Below, piece by piece: positions 1 to 9,437 of a DNA stretch of 64,000 nt (position 1 is the first letter of the stretch; the number at the start of each line of letters is the position of its first letter). The position numbers and the translations under genes were made by a program. Source of the stretch: Trueperaceae bacterium (GTDB taxonomy: Bacteria; Deinococcota; Deinococci; Deinococcales; Trueperaceae); assembly GCA_034521815.1 (NCBI GenBank), contig JAXHLW010000013.1, positions 864,001 through 928,000 on the forward strand, read 5' to 3'. The notes under the pieces were generated by a model. It was given only the letters and a program-made list of their open reading frames with translations, did no database searches and had not been told where the DNA came from.

Positions 1-2
1 CG

Positions 3-680
3 CGGATCATCGACGAGATCAACCAGATCCACAACAAGATGATCGTCACGGTCGAGGACCCGATCGAGTACCTGCACCGCTCGAAGAAGTCGGCGATCGT
101 CCAGCGCGAGATCGGGGTGGACGCCCTGTCGTTCGCCGACTCGCTGGTCGCCGCCATGCGACAGGACCCCGAAGTGATCATGATCGGCGAGATCCGCGAC
201 CACACCACCGCCGCGGCCGCACTGTCCGCGGCGCAGACCGGCCACCTGGTGTTCAGCACCCTGCACACGCAGGACACCGTCCGCACGGTCAACCGCATGA
301 TCGAGCTGTTCCCGCCGCACGAGCGCGCCACGTCGCGCATCCTGTTCGCCGAGTCGCTCGTCGGCATCGTCAGCCAACGGCTGGTGCCGCGGTCCGACCG
401 TCCCGGCCGGGTGGCGGCGATGGAGATCATGAAGGGCACGCTGCGCATCAAGGACCTGGTCCGCGACGAGGAGAGGACGTCGGAGCTGTACGACGCGATC
501 CGCGACTCGACGCTGGACGGCATGCAGCTGATGGACGATCACCTCGCGCGGCTTTATGCCGAGGGCACGATCGCGTTCGAGACCGGTCTCGCCGCGGCGA
601 CCAGTCAGCAGGCGTTCAAGATGGCCACCACGCAGACCGACATCGAAGCGGGACGCGATCCGCGCGCCACCCAGTATTGA
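3..680 (+). CDS. pilT: PilT/PilU-family type IV pilus retraction ATPase (5' truncated by window)
   Basis: Frame is open from the window start. Motifs IVTVEDPIEY, VQREIG, AMRQDPEVIMIGEIRD, AAQTGHLVFSTLHT, GMQLMD. Confidence 0.88.
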   Translation, partial: RIIDEINQIHNKMIVTVEDPIEYLHRSKKSAIVQREIGVDALSFADSLVAAMRQDPEVIMIGEIRDHTTAAAALSAAQTGHLVFSTLHTQDTVRTVNRMIELFPPHERATSRILFAESLVGIVSQRLVPRSDRPGRVAAMEIMKGTLRIKDLVRDEERTSELYDAIRDSTLDGMQLMDDHLARLYAEGTIAFETGLAAATSQQAFKMATTQTDIEAGRDPRATQY

Positions 681-705
681 CGTGCAGGTCGGCATGCTCG
701 ACGAG

Positions 706-733
706 AAAAGCCAGGAGGCGATGCCCCCTGGCT
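706..733 (-). terminator. Intrinsic terminator-like hairpin between convergent pilT and dnaE
   Basis: AGCCAGG..CCTGGCT stem preceded by AAAA, giving a U-tract on the minus strand. Confidence 0.55.
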
Positions 734-757
734 CGAGCAGGTGAAACCCCGAAAACG

Positions 758-3700
758 CTAGAACGGCACGTCGGCACGCGCCGGCGCCTGGCTCTTGCGG
801 CTCCACACCGGGCCACGGTCCACCAGCAGCCGCGCCCGGTCGATCGTCACGCTGGTACGCAGCCAGGGGCAGTGCGCCTCGAGCTCGCCTAGTCGCGAGG
901 CGTCGACGCTTATCCCCTCGGCCCACCAGGTGACCACGCCGCGCGACGAGGGAAAGCGCAGCTGGACCGGCGTCGTGCCGGACGTCTCGTCGATCCGAGA
1001 GCGAAGCTCCAGCAGCTGGTGCTCCGCGATCTCACGAGGGTCGAAGCGCAGGACGGCGACTTCGGGCACCGCGTCGCGAGCGTCCCAGCGGATCAGGCGA
1101 TCGGCCACCAGCCGGACCGCCTCGCCGTCCTCGGACGCCTCGGCGACCAGCACCACGGGCGCGTCCTCTTCGAGCAGGGGGGCGATCTCGTCGAAGATCC
1201 GACTGAACGCCACGACCTCGCGCGAGCCGCTCTCGTCCGCGATCTCGAACCTCGCCATCATCGACCCCTTGCGGGTCGGACGCTTGGCGACGTTCTGCAG
1301 GATCCCGGCCAGCACGACCTTGAGCCGTCCCGTGGTGTCGCCCCCCGAGCGCTGCTCGTGCAGCCACGCCTCGAGGTGATCCACCGCGCAGCTCGCCGCC
1401 TCGGCCAGGCCGGGGTACGAGCGCATCGGATGCGCGCTGATGTAGAGCCCCAGCGACTCCTTCTCGAGCTTGAGCCGATCGAGGTCGGACAGCTCCTCGC
1501 CTGCCTGGAGCGCGGGCGGCTTGAGCTCCTCCGCGGCGAACAGCGCCATCTGGCCGGCCGCGTCGCTCTCGCGCTGGGCGGTCCCCCATTTCATGGCCGA
1601 CTCGACGTTCGCCAGCAGGGTGGCGCGCTCGCCCATGGCGTCGAAGGCGCCGGCCTTGACGAGGTGCTCCAGCGCGCGCTTGTTGATCAGCGAGCTCTCG
1701 CAGCGGCGACAGAAGTCGAACAGGTCCTTGAACGGTCCGGCCCGCTCGCGCTCGGCGACGATGTGCTCGACCGCGGCGTCCCCGACGTTCTTCACGCCGT
1801 GCAGACCGAAACGGACCACCTCGCCGACGGGGGTGAAGTCGCCGCGTGACTCGTTGATGTCGGGCGGCAGGACCGCGATCCCCATGTGCCGCGTGTCGGC
1901 GACGTACTGCGCGACCTTGTCGCTGTTCGCCCGCTCGACGGTGAGGAGCGCTGCGGCGAACTCGACCGGGTAGTGCGCCTTCAAGTAGGCGGTCTGGAAC
2001 GACAGTTCGCCGTAGGCGGCCGAATGACTTTTATTGAACCCATAATTGGCGAACTTCTCGAGCAGGTCGAAGATCCGGTTCGCCTCGGCGGCGGGGATCC
2101 CTTCTCCGCGGCCCCCCGCTCGAACACCTTGCGCTGGCGCTCCATCTCCGCGACCTTCTTCTTGCCCATCGCGCGGCGCAGCAGATCGGCCTCGCCCAGG
2201 CTGTAGCCGGCCACCGCCTGGGCGATCTGCATGATCTGCTCCTGGTAGACGGGAATCCCGTACGTCTCCTCGAGGATGGGGGCGAGCAGCGGCTCGCTCA
2301 CCTCGAAGTCGTCGAAGCGGACCTCCTCGGTTCCGTGATGGCGCCGAATGTAGGCCGGGATGTTCTCCATCGGTCCCGGCCGGTACAGCGCGGAGACGGC
2401 GATCAGGTCCTGGATCCGGCGCGGCTTGAGCTTCTTGAGCGTGTCCACCATGCCGCCCGACTCGAACTGGAACACCCCGGCCGCCTCGCCGCGCGAGAGC
2501 AGCTCGAAGGTGGCAGCGTCGTCGTGCGGAAACTCGCTGGGGTTCAGCTGGACGCCGCGGGTGTCGTGGATGATGCGGACCGCGGCCTCGATGAACGAAA
2601 GCGTCCGCAACCCCAGGAAATCCATCTTCAAGAAGCCCAGGTCCTCGATCGATCCCATGTCGTACTGACACACGATCGGGCCGTCGCCGGAGCGGAACAC
2701 CGGGGCGAGCTCCTGCACCGGATCGCGCGAGATGATCACGCCCGCGGCGTGCACCGAGGCGTGCCGGGTCAGGCCTTCGAGCGATTGCGCGATGTCGACG
2801 TACGCCTTCGCGCCGCCGTCGTACAGCTCGCGGAACTCGGGAACCTCCTCGAGCGCCCGCTCGATCGGAACGGAGCGCCCGAACACGATGGGAACCAGCT
2901 TGCTGATCCGGTCGGCCTCGGCGAAGCTGGAATCCGTCACGCGCGCGGCGTCCTTGATCGCGGCCTTCGACGCCATCGTCCCGAAGGTGGCGATGTGCGC
3001 CACCTTGTCCTCGCCGTACTTGCGGCGGACGTACTCGATCACCTCGCCGCGCCGGACGTCGGAGAAGTCGACGTCGAAGTCGGGCATGCTGATCCGCTCG
3101 GGGTTGAGGAACCGCTCGAACAGCAGGTCGAACTCCAGCGGGTCGATGTCGGTCACCCGGATCGCGTACGCGACGATCGACCCTGCGCCCGAACCGCGGC
3201 CCGGGCCGACGGCGATCTTCTGGTCCTTGGCCCAGTTGATGAAGTCCGCGACGATCAGGAAGTAGTCCGGGAACCCCATCGCGATGATGACGCCCAGCTC
3301 GTACTCGGCCCGCTCCAGGATGCGGAGCGCCTCGGCCGACTCTCCACCTTCGTCCCTGAGCGCCGCGAGGTGGGGGTATTCGTAGCGGTCGTACGTCTGC
3401 CCGGGATCCTTCTCGGTCCGTCCGCGCTCGCCGCAGCGGGCGACGCCCAGCAGCACCTCGTCGAGCGGCGCCTCGGAGGCGTCCGTCCCCAGCGGCCCCT
3501 GGACACGTCCCGCGACCGCCGCGTAGCGCCGAACGAGCGCCTCGTCGATCCGATCGGGGTAGCGCTGCATCAGCCCCGCGTACGTCTGGACGCGCAGCTG
3601 CTCGGCCAACGTCCGGCCCTCTGGAATGGGAAGCTCGGGCATCTGGTAGACGCGTGCGTCGCCGATGGGCAGCTCGACGTCGCACAGCTCCGCCACCCGC

Positions 3701-4528
3701 ATGGTGTTGGCCAGCGCCCCGGGGTAGGCCGACTCGGGAATCGCCTGCGCCATCTCGTCCGGCGTCTTGACGTAGAACTCGTCGCACGGGAACTTGAAGC
3801 GGTCCTCGATCGGACAGCGTCGTCTTCGTCTGGATCGCGAGCAGCGCCTCGTGCGCCCGGGCGTCCTCGCGCCGGACGTAGTGACCGTCGTTCGTCGCCA
3901 CCAGCCCCAGGCCGTACCGCTCGGCCAGACCCTTCAGGACCGGGTTCAGCCGCTTCTGCTCCTCCAGCCCGTGGTCTTGCAGCTCGACGAAGAAGTCGTC
4001 GCCGAAGATGTCCAGGTACTGCCGCAAGACCTCCTCGCCGGCCTCCTCGCCGACGTCGAGAACGGTTCGCGGAATCTGCGCGCCCAGGCATCCTGAGAGG
4101 GCGATCACGCCCTCGGAATGCTCCGCGAGCAGCTCGTGGTCGACGCGCGGCTTCATGTAGAACCCCTCGAGCCAGGCGCGGCTGTTCAGCTTGGAGAGGT
4201 TCTTGTAGCCGGTGAGGTTCTTGGCGAGCAGCGTCAGGTGGAAGTAGCCGCCGTCGAGCTTGCTGCTGGGCCGTTTGCGCTCGAATCGGCTGCCGGCGGT
4301 GACGTACGCCTCGAAGCCGAGGATCGGCTTGACGCCGCTGGCGACCGCCGTCCGGTAGAACTCGACGGCGCCGTGCATGTTTCCGTGGTCGGTCATCGCG
4401 ACGACCGGGTCGTCCGGCGTGACCTGCTTGACCCAGGCGATCAGGTCCTTGATCCTTGCGGCCCCGTCCAGGAGGCTGTAGGCGGTGTGCTGGTGCAGGT
4501 GGGCGAAGGTCGGTGGAGCGTCGGGCAT
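758..4528 (-). CDS. dnaE: DNA polymerase III alpha subunit; two compensating frameshifts (~3810, ~2100), probably sequencing errors
   Basis: PHP domain (FAHLHQHTAYSLLDG, MTDHGNMHG), GPGRGSGAGS, FERFLNPERISMPDFDVDF, KMDFLGL, YGFNKSH and a C-terminal OB fold. The sequence is spread over ORFs 758..4684 and 1981..3753. Confidence 0.96.
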   Translation of the reverse strand: MPDAPPTFAHLHQHTAYSLLDGAARIKDLIAWVKQVTPDDPVVAMTDHGNMHGAVEFYRTAVASGVKPILGFEAYVTAGSRFERKRPSSKLDGGYFHLTLLAKNLTGYKNLSKLNSRAWLEGFYMKPRVDHELLAEHSEGVIALSGCLGAQIPRTVLDVGEEAGEEVLRQYLDIFGDDFFVELQDHGLEEQKRLNPVLKGLAERYGLGLVATNDGHYVRREDARAHEALLAIQTKTTLSDRGPLQVPVRRVLRQDAGRDGAGDSRVGLPRGAGQHHAGGGAVRRRAAHRRRTRLPDARASHSRGPDVGRAAARPDVRGADAALPRSDRRGARSALRGGRGTCPGAAGDGRLRGAARRGAAGRRPLRRARTDREGSRADVRPLRIPPPRGAQGRRWRVGRGAPHPGAGRVRAGRHHRDGVPGLLPDRRGLHQLGQGPEDRRRPGPRFGRRVDRRVRDPGDRHRPAGVRPAVRAVPQPRADQHARLRRRLLRRPARRGDRVRPPQVRRGQGGAHRHLRDDGVEGRDQGRRARDGFQLRRGRPDQQAGSHRVRALRSDRAGARGGSRVPRAVRRRREGVRRHRAIARRPDPARLGARRGRDHLARSGAGARPGVPLRRRPDRVSVRHGIDRGPGLLEDGFPGVADAFVHRGRGPHHPRHPRRPAEPQRVSARRRCHLRAALARRGGRGVPVRVGRHGGHAQEAQAAPDPGPDRRLRAVPAGTDGEHPGLHSAPSRNRGGPLRRLRGERAAARPHPRGDVRDSRLPGADHADRPGGGRLQPGRGRSAAPRDGQEEGRGDGAPAQGVRAGGRGEGIPAAEANRIFDLLEKFANYGFNKSHSAAYGELSFQTAYLKAHYPVEFAAALLTVERANSDKVAQYVADTRHMGIAVLPPDINESRGDFTPVGEVVRFGLHGVKNVGDAAVEHIVAERERAGPFKDLFDFCRRCESSLINKRALEHLVKAGAFDAMGERATLLANVESAMKWGTAQRESDAAGQMALFAAEELKPPALQAGEELSDLDRLKLEKESLGLYISAHPMRSYPGLAEAASCAVDHLEAWLHEQRSGGDTTGRLKVVLAGILQNVAKRPTRKGSMMARFEIADESGSREVVAFSRIFDEIAPLLEEDAPVVLVAEASEDGEAVRLVADRLIRWDARDAVPEVAVLRFDPREIAEHQLLELRSRIDETSGTTPVQLRFPSSRGVVTWWAEGISVDASRLGELEAHCPWLRTSVTIDRARLLVDRGPVWSRKSQAPARADVPF

Positions 4529-4565
4529 GCGGCCAGCATACCGGCGGTCGACGTCCCCTTCGGCG

Positions 4566-4594
4566 TTGACAGGGGAGGGGGGCTGGGATACGAT
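4566..4594 (+). promoter_or_regulatory. Sigma70-type promoter for the tRNA pair
   Basis: TTGACA (4566-4571), 17 bp, TACGAT (4589-4594), ending 11 bp before tRNA-Cys. Confidence 0.85.
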
Positions 4595-4605
4595 TTTCGG
4601 GCCTT

Positions 4606-4680
<75 letters not shown>

Positions 4681-4708
4681 CCATCGGCTACGGACCGCGT
4701 AGCCACAT

Positions 4709-4783
4709 AGGCGCGTAGCTCAGTGGGAGAGCGCTACATTGACACTGTAGAGGTCGGCAGTTCAATCCTGCCCGCGCCTACCA
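4709..4783 (+). tRNA. tRNA-Val(GAC)
   Basis: Acceptor AGGCGCG/CGCGCCT, anticodon arm CTACA-TTGACAC-TGTAG, T-arm GGCAG-TTCAATC-CTGCC, encoded CCA. Confidence 0.97.
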
Positions 4784-4787
4784 ACCA

Positions 4788-4819
4788 AGAGCGCCCCCGG
4801 CTTCGGCCGGGGGCGCTCT
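4788..4819. terminator. Hairpin terminator after tRNA-Val, likely bidirectional
   Basis: AGAGCGCCCCCGGC-TTCG-GCCGGGGGCGCTCT perfect stem with a cUUCGg tetraloop. Confidence 0.8.
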
Positions 4820-4853
4820 GTCATGCGTCGTTTCGCATCGTGACGGCCGGCGC

Positions 4854-5624
4854 TCAGAAGACAGCCACGGTTCCGATCATCGGGTCGGGCGCCTCGGCAT
4901 CGACGAGCGTCCATCCGGTGGTGGCCGCGTCGTACACCCAGGCGGCGGTGTTCCAGCCGGTCGCCAAGCTGAGATCGGCGTCGAAGCCATCGCAGTCGGT
5001 GCCATCGAACGTCACGTCGACGGCGCTGTCGCTGTGGATCCAGGTGTAGATCCGCAGGCCGTCGGCCGCCGTCGTGGCGGACGAATCGACCGTCGCGTCA
5101 CTGAGGTAGACGGGCGCCAGGTCACCGAGCCCGGTCATCGCGACGAGGCCCGGCGCGGCGAAGCCTTCGAACAGGACGGCCGTCAGGACGGCCGAGGCGG
5201 GCGAGGCGACCACCGAGCAGTCGGGCGCATCCGTGGCGTTCAGGAACGCCTGCTCGACGTTCACGAGCGCTCCTGCCGGGATCTCGTCCGCGGCCGGGAG
5301 CACGACCTGGGCCGTCGCTCCGGCTTGCGCGTCGACCGTGTTGCCGAGCCACAGCCCGGTGTCCACCTCGACCAGGTCGGCGGTCGTGAGCTCAGCGGTC
5401 GATGTCGACGCCGCCTCCTCGATCGTCACCGTCAGGGCGCTCGTGCCGACCAGCACCTGACTCAACGCGAACGGATTCGCGCCGTCGGGATCGACGACCT
5501 GAACGTCGAACGTGGTTCCGGTGGCGACCTCGCCGCCACTGGAGCAGGCGACCAACGAACCGATGGCGACGAGCGCGGCGGCGGTGGTGGATGCGAGTCT
5601 GGCGAGGGTCGAGCGATGCGACAT
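4854..5624 (-). CDS. Hypothetical lipoprotein (256 aa)
   Basis: Signal peptide with lipobox LVAC, AGGAGG RBS upstream, acidic beta-rich mature part. Confidence 0.75.
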   Translation of the reverse strand: MSHRSTLARLASTTAAALVAIGSLVACSSGGEVATGTTFDVQVVDPDGANPFALSQVLVGTSALTVTIEEAASTSTAELTTADLVEVDTGLWLGNTVDAQAGATAQVVLPAADEIPAGALVNVEQAFLNATDAPDCSVVASPASAVLTAVLFEGFAAPGLVAMTGLGDLAPVYLSDATVDSSATTAADGLRIYTWIHSDSAVDVTFDGTDCDGFDADLSLATGWNTAAWVYDAATTGWTLVDAEAPDPMIGTVAVF

Positions 5625-5778
5625 ACGTACCTCCTGATGGTGAAGACGGTCCCGTACCGATGCGGTCGGGACGATCGAGGACGGACGGCCGAAGGATAGG
5701 GGTCGATGGCCGCCGGCGCCGTGAATCGCCTCACGTGGCGCACGGCGGCAGCGCCGACGCTGCCCTCAGCGCGCGCCG

Positions 5779-7230
5779 TCAGCGCGTGCCGTCCACGCGG
5801 AACGTGATCCGCGGCAGCTCGTCTGCGGCGTACGGCACGCCCATCGGAGCGAACGGCCGGTCGGCTCGCTGCAGCACGATCGAGCCTTCGATCCGCTCGG
5901 CCGTCGCGGTGGTCACCAGGACGAAACCGTGGCTGGCGACGAAGCTGCCGGCCGACGCTCCGTCGAGCGTCAACGACACCCGGTTCGCGCCCGTGCCCAG
6001 TCGATAGATCCCGCGGGGCCACGACACGCGGTCGATCGGCTCGTCTTCGTCGGCGAGGTCGAGCCGGACCAGGAGCTCCGCGGGATGCTCGGCCCCGCCG
6101 AACCCTGCGCGGCCGCTCGCCTCGAGCTGGAACACGGTTCTCCCCGTCGCGGCGTGGCGCCCCATCGTCACCTCGAGGTCGCCGAAGGTGCGCTCGAACG
6201 TGTCGCCACCGAAGAAGTGGGCGCCCTCGGCGTCGCGCGTGTCGATGCCGACCGAGCCGACGCAGCGCGCGAACGCGTCCTCGTCGACCAGACCGACGTC
6301 GCGCAGGAGCGCGAGCTTGGTGTACGCCGCCGCCGTCGCCCCGGTCAGCGACGCGCCGGCGGCGCGGAGCGCCTGGCAAGCGAAGTCCTCCGGCGGGGAC
6401 GATACGGCGACGCCGGCGAAGGTGTTCGTTTCGATGCCCTGCGTCTGCGCCTTGGCGACCATCTCCGCGACGTCCTCGCCCGGCAGGGTCGATCCGTAGG
6501 GCGTCATGAACCCCCCGGCCGCGATCGCTGCAGCTCCGCCGGACGCCGACGGCGATCCGCGTCCGCCGTACTCACGCGCCATGCCCGCCTCCACGAACGC
6601 GTCGTGCAGGCGGGTCCACTCGGTCAGGAAGCCCGACCGCAGACGCAGACGCTCGACCTCTCGGGCGGCGGCGGCGACGGCGCTCGCCTCCCACTGCGAC
6701 GGGTCGGTCGGCTCGTCGCAGCCGAACGGGCCGACGAAGCAGTCGCCTTCGAGCACCTGCGTGTGCAGCAGGCGCACCGCGGCGTGGGTGGCCTCGTGGA
6801 CGACGGTGTCGACGGCGGTGGCCCAGACGTTGCCGACGATGCGGGGGCGGCGTGCGGGGTCGAGGTCCTCCTCGGACGCGCGCGCTGGACGGGCGTCGAT
6901 GTAGAGCGTGTCGTTGTCGTGGGTGACGTAGACCCATCCCATCGTTCCGCTCTCGTCCCCTGGATCGGCGACGAAGGCGACCTTCTCGACGGCGAGACAG
7001 TGAAGCGACGTCAGATACGGCGCCGCCTCGGCGACCACCTGGCGCTGGCTCGGTCCGGGCTCGACGAGCGTCGCGCGCACCCCCTCGTACGCCTCCGCGG
7101 CGTCGTCGAGACCGAGAAGCCGAAGCTCGCAGGCCTGGCCGACCGCGACGGCGGATAGCGAGAGCGCCGCAGCGAACGCGGCGGCGAGCACGACAGAAAG
7201 ATGAGAAGGGGAGCGGGACGTGTGCGGCAT
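5779..7230 (-). CDS. Secreted putative zinc metallopeptidase (HExxH)
   Basis: N-terminal signal peptide, VVHEATH, and downstream FMTPYGSTLPGEDVAE (gluzincin-like third-ligand motif). Confidence 0.65.
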   Translation of the reverse strand: MPHTSRSPSHLSVVLAAAFAAALSLSAVAVGQACELRLLGLDDAAEAYEGVRATLVEPGPSQRQVVAEAAPYLTSLHCLAVEKVAFVADPGDESGTMGWVYVTHDNDTLYIDARPARASEEDLDPARRPRIVGNVWATAVDTVVHEATHAAVRLLHTQVLEGDCFVGPFGCDEPTDPSQWEASAVAAAAREVERLRLRSGFLTEWTRLHDAFVEAGMAREYGGRGSPSASGGAAAIAAGGFMTPYGSTLPGEDVAEMVAKAQTQGIETNTFAGVAVSSPPEDFACQALRAAGASLTGATAAAYTKLALLRDVGLVDEDAFARCVGSVGIDTRDAEGAHFFGGDTFERTFGDLEVTMGRHAATGRTVFQLEASGRAGFGGAEHPAELLVRLDLADEDEPIDRVSWPRGIYRLGTGANRVSLTLDGASAGSFVASHGFVLVTTATAERIEGSIVLQRADRPFAPMGVPYAADELPRITFRVDGTR

Positions 7231-7293
7231 TCTCGACGCTAGCGCGTGCGTGGCACGGCCGTCGAGGTACGTCTCACACCGTACGCGCCGAGC

Positions 7294-8007
7294 CTAGTCC
7301 GGCAGCACCTCCGTCACGAACCCCGGCAGCGTCACCGGCTCGAGACCCAGCGCCTCGTACACGCCTGGCGGGAAGCTCAGATCGCCCACGAACACGCGCC
7401 CGCCGACGCCGCCCGGCTCGATGCCGGCCTTGGGAAGCGCGATCGCCAGCGTCATGGTCGGGTGGACCGCTTCGCCGGGGACCGACCCGTCGTCCGACTG
7501 CACGCCGGTGGGCACGTCGACGCTGATCACGCAGCAACCGTTCTGCATCTTGTTCAGCACCGTGATCACGTCCAGCGTCCGGCCGCGGGGCGGCCCTTCG
7601 AGGCTGGTCCCGATCGCGGCGTCGATCACGCACGAGAACTTCATCTTCGGCAAGCTGGTCTTGACCCGGACGGTCGGCACGTGGCGCAGCAGCTCGAGCT
7701 GCTCGCGCGGGGTGCCGCTGTAGTTGTCCGCCTCGTGCGTGGGCACGACCCATACGCGTCGTCCCCGCAGACCCAGCAGCCTGGCTGCCGCCAGGCCGCC
7801 GCTGCCGTTGTCGCCACGGCCGGCGACGACCAGCACCGGTCCATCGGGCGCGTGCTCGTCGACCAGGGCGGCGAGGTTCCGGCCGGTGTGCTCGACCAGA
7901 ACGCGGGAGTCCAGACCGAACTTGCCGGTCGCCATCATCACCGCCTGCTGCATCTGCGAGGCCGTGAACTTCGGAATCTTGGACCAGGTCACGGTCGGAA
8001 AGGTCAC
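7294..8007 (-). CDS. nnrE: YjeF-N domain protein / NAD(P)H-hydrate epimerase-like
   Basis: LVEHTGRNLA, VAGRGDNGSGGLAAARLL, IDAAIGT, SVDVPTG, LPKAG, VGDLSFP. Start overlaps the yebC stop. Confidence 0.78.
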   Translation of the reverse strand: MTFPTVTWSKIPKFTASQMQQAVMMATGKFGLDSRVLVEHTGRNLAALVDEHAPDGPVLVVAGRGDNGSGGLAAARLLGLRGRRVWVVPTHEADNYSGTPREQLELLRHVPTVRVKTSLPKMKFSCVIDAAIGTSLEGPPRGRTLDVITVLNKMQNGCCVISVDVPTGVQSDDGSVPGEAVHPTMTLAIALPKAGIEPGGVGGRVFVGDLSFPPGVYEALGLEPVTLPGFVTEVLPD

Positions 8008-8750
8008 GAGGCACCCCCATGCGCGACCTCGGCGATGGCGTCGAGGTCGGCGGTCGTGTAGACGTTCTGAACGTCGTCGAGGTCCTCGAGCGCGTCGACC
8101 ATGCGCACGATCTTGGCTGCGTCCGCCGCGCTCAGCGCAGCGCGCGTCTGCGGCACCTTGGTGAGCTGAGCGACGTCCGTCGTGGCTCCCAGCTCGGCGA
8201 ACCGATCGGCGATGGCGTACAGCTCGGTCGGCGGCGTGTACACCGTCAACGTTCCGTCGTCGTCGACGTCGAGGTCCAGCGCCCCCAGATCGATCGCCGT
8301 CTCCTGCAGCGTCTCGTCGGCACGCTCGAAGACCAGCACACCGACCGCGTCGAACTGCCAGGCGGTCGAGCCGGACATGTTTCCGCCGTGCTTCGTGAAC
8401 ACGCGACGCACCTCGGCCACGGTCCGGTTGCGATTGTCGGTCAACGCCTCGACCAGGAACGCCACGCCGGCCGGTCCGTACCCTTCGTACGCGACGGGAT
8501 CGAACGATCCGCCCTCGGCGCCGCCAGCCGCGCGCTCGATCGCCCGGTCGATGTTGTCCGCGGGGACGTCGTCCGCCTTCGCGGCGCCGAGAGCGTTCTT
8601 GAGCGCCAAGTTGGTGGCCGTATCGTCGCTTCCGCCTTCACGGACAGCGCTCTGGATGGCGCGGATGTGCTTGCTGATGATCTTGCCGCGCTGGTTGTCG
8701 TTGGCCGCCTTCTTCCGCTTGATCTGCGACCACTTGTTGTGACCTGCCAA
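8004..8750 (-). CDS. yebC: YebC/PmpR family protein
   Basis: MAGHNKWSQIKRKK, YEGYGPAGVA, TDNRNRT, LEDLDDVQNVY. TTG start with GAGGAGG RBS and a TACAAT -10 box. Confidence 0.96.
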   Translation of the reverse strand: MAGHNKWSQIKRKKAANDNQRGKIISKHIRAIQSAVREGGSDDTATNLALKNALGAAKADDVPADNIDRAIERAAGGAEGGSFDPVAYEGYGPAGVAFLVEALTDNRNRTVAEVRRVFTKHGGNMSGSTAWQFDAVGVLVFERADETLQETAIDLGALDLDVDDDGTLTVYTPPTELYAIADRFAELGATTDVAQLTKVPQTRAALSAADAAKIVRMVDALEDLDDVQNVYTTADLDAIAEVAHGGAS

Positions 8751-8878
8751 GCCAAGACCTCCTCGTCAGACGGACCATTGTACCGCACGACGCCGCCTGA
8801 GACGTTCCAGGCGGCGTCGTCGAGACTCGTCGCGAAGCCGGGCCGGTCGCGACGGCGACCGGCCCGGCCACTCGCGGG

Positions 8879-9409
8879 TCAGCGCACGTAGAAGCGGGTC
8901 TCGGCCACGTCCCGGATCTCGAACGGCTCGATGTCGATTCGGATCGCGGCCAGCCAGGCGTCCTCGCCGGCGCGTCCGCGGAACGAGACGCGGCCGGTGT
9001 CGGTTCGACGGGGCGTGAAGCTGGCGCGCACCCGGTGCCAGCCCCTGGGAGGCTCGACGACGAACACGACGCCCTGGTCGCGGCCGTCGATCACGTTCGT
9101 ACGGCGGCCCGTGACGGGCACGTTGCGTGCGAACACCTCGACGTCTCCTCGCGGCCCCAGCGACGTCAACGTCACGTAGCCGTCCACGCGGGTTCGGATT
9201 CGGAACGAGATCTCCTCGCCGACGCGGTAGGACGAGCCTTCGCCACTGCGAGCCTCGAACACCTCGATGACGCGGTTGGCGTCGTCCGACACGGAGCTTC
9301 CAGGGCCGACGACGGTGACGGTGCAGCCTGCGAGCGCCACGATCAGCGGCAGGGCGAGAGCGAGCGACCAGCGTCGTCTCGCACGGAAGAATCGGAGCGG
9401 ATGAGTCAT
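8879..9409 (-). CDS. Lipoprotein with a DUF4384-like domain
   Basis: Lipobox LAGC; YRVGEEISFRIRTRVDGYVTL pattern; GAGGAGG RBS. Confidence 0.65.
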   Translation of the reverse strand: MTHPLRFFRARRRWSLALALPLIVALAGCTVTVVGPGSSVSDDANRVIEVFEARSGEGSSYRVGEEISFRIRTRVDGYVTLTSLGPRGDVEVFARNVPVTGRRTNVIDGRDQGVVFVVEPPRGWHRVRASFTPRRTDTGRVSFRGRAGEDAWLAAIRIDIEPFEIRDVAETRFYVR

Positions 9410-9437
9410 GGGAGGCCTCCTCGGGACGCCGGCGGCG

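Noticed and set aside
3330-3550. Extra ~60-aa segment in DnaE as a possible intein
   Set aside because: No Cys/Ser start or His-Asn end and no LAGLIDADG motifs. It looks like a lineage-specific helical insertion.
2095-3815. Programmed frameshifting or pseudogene status of dnaE
   Set aside because: The indels are a missing G in a G-run and one extra base, with no slippery heptamer. The gene is essential, and similar indels occur in smc, SPFH and EAL genes, so sequencing error is more likely.
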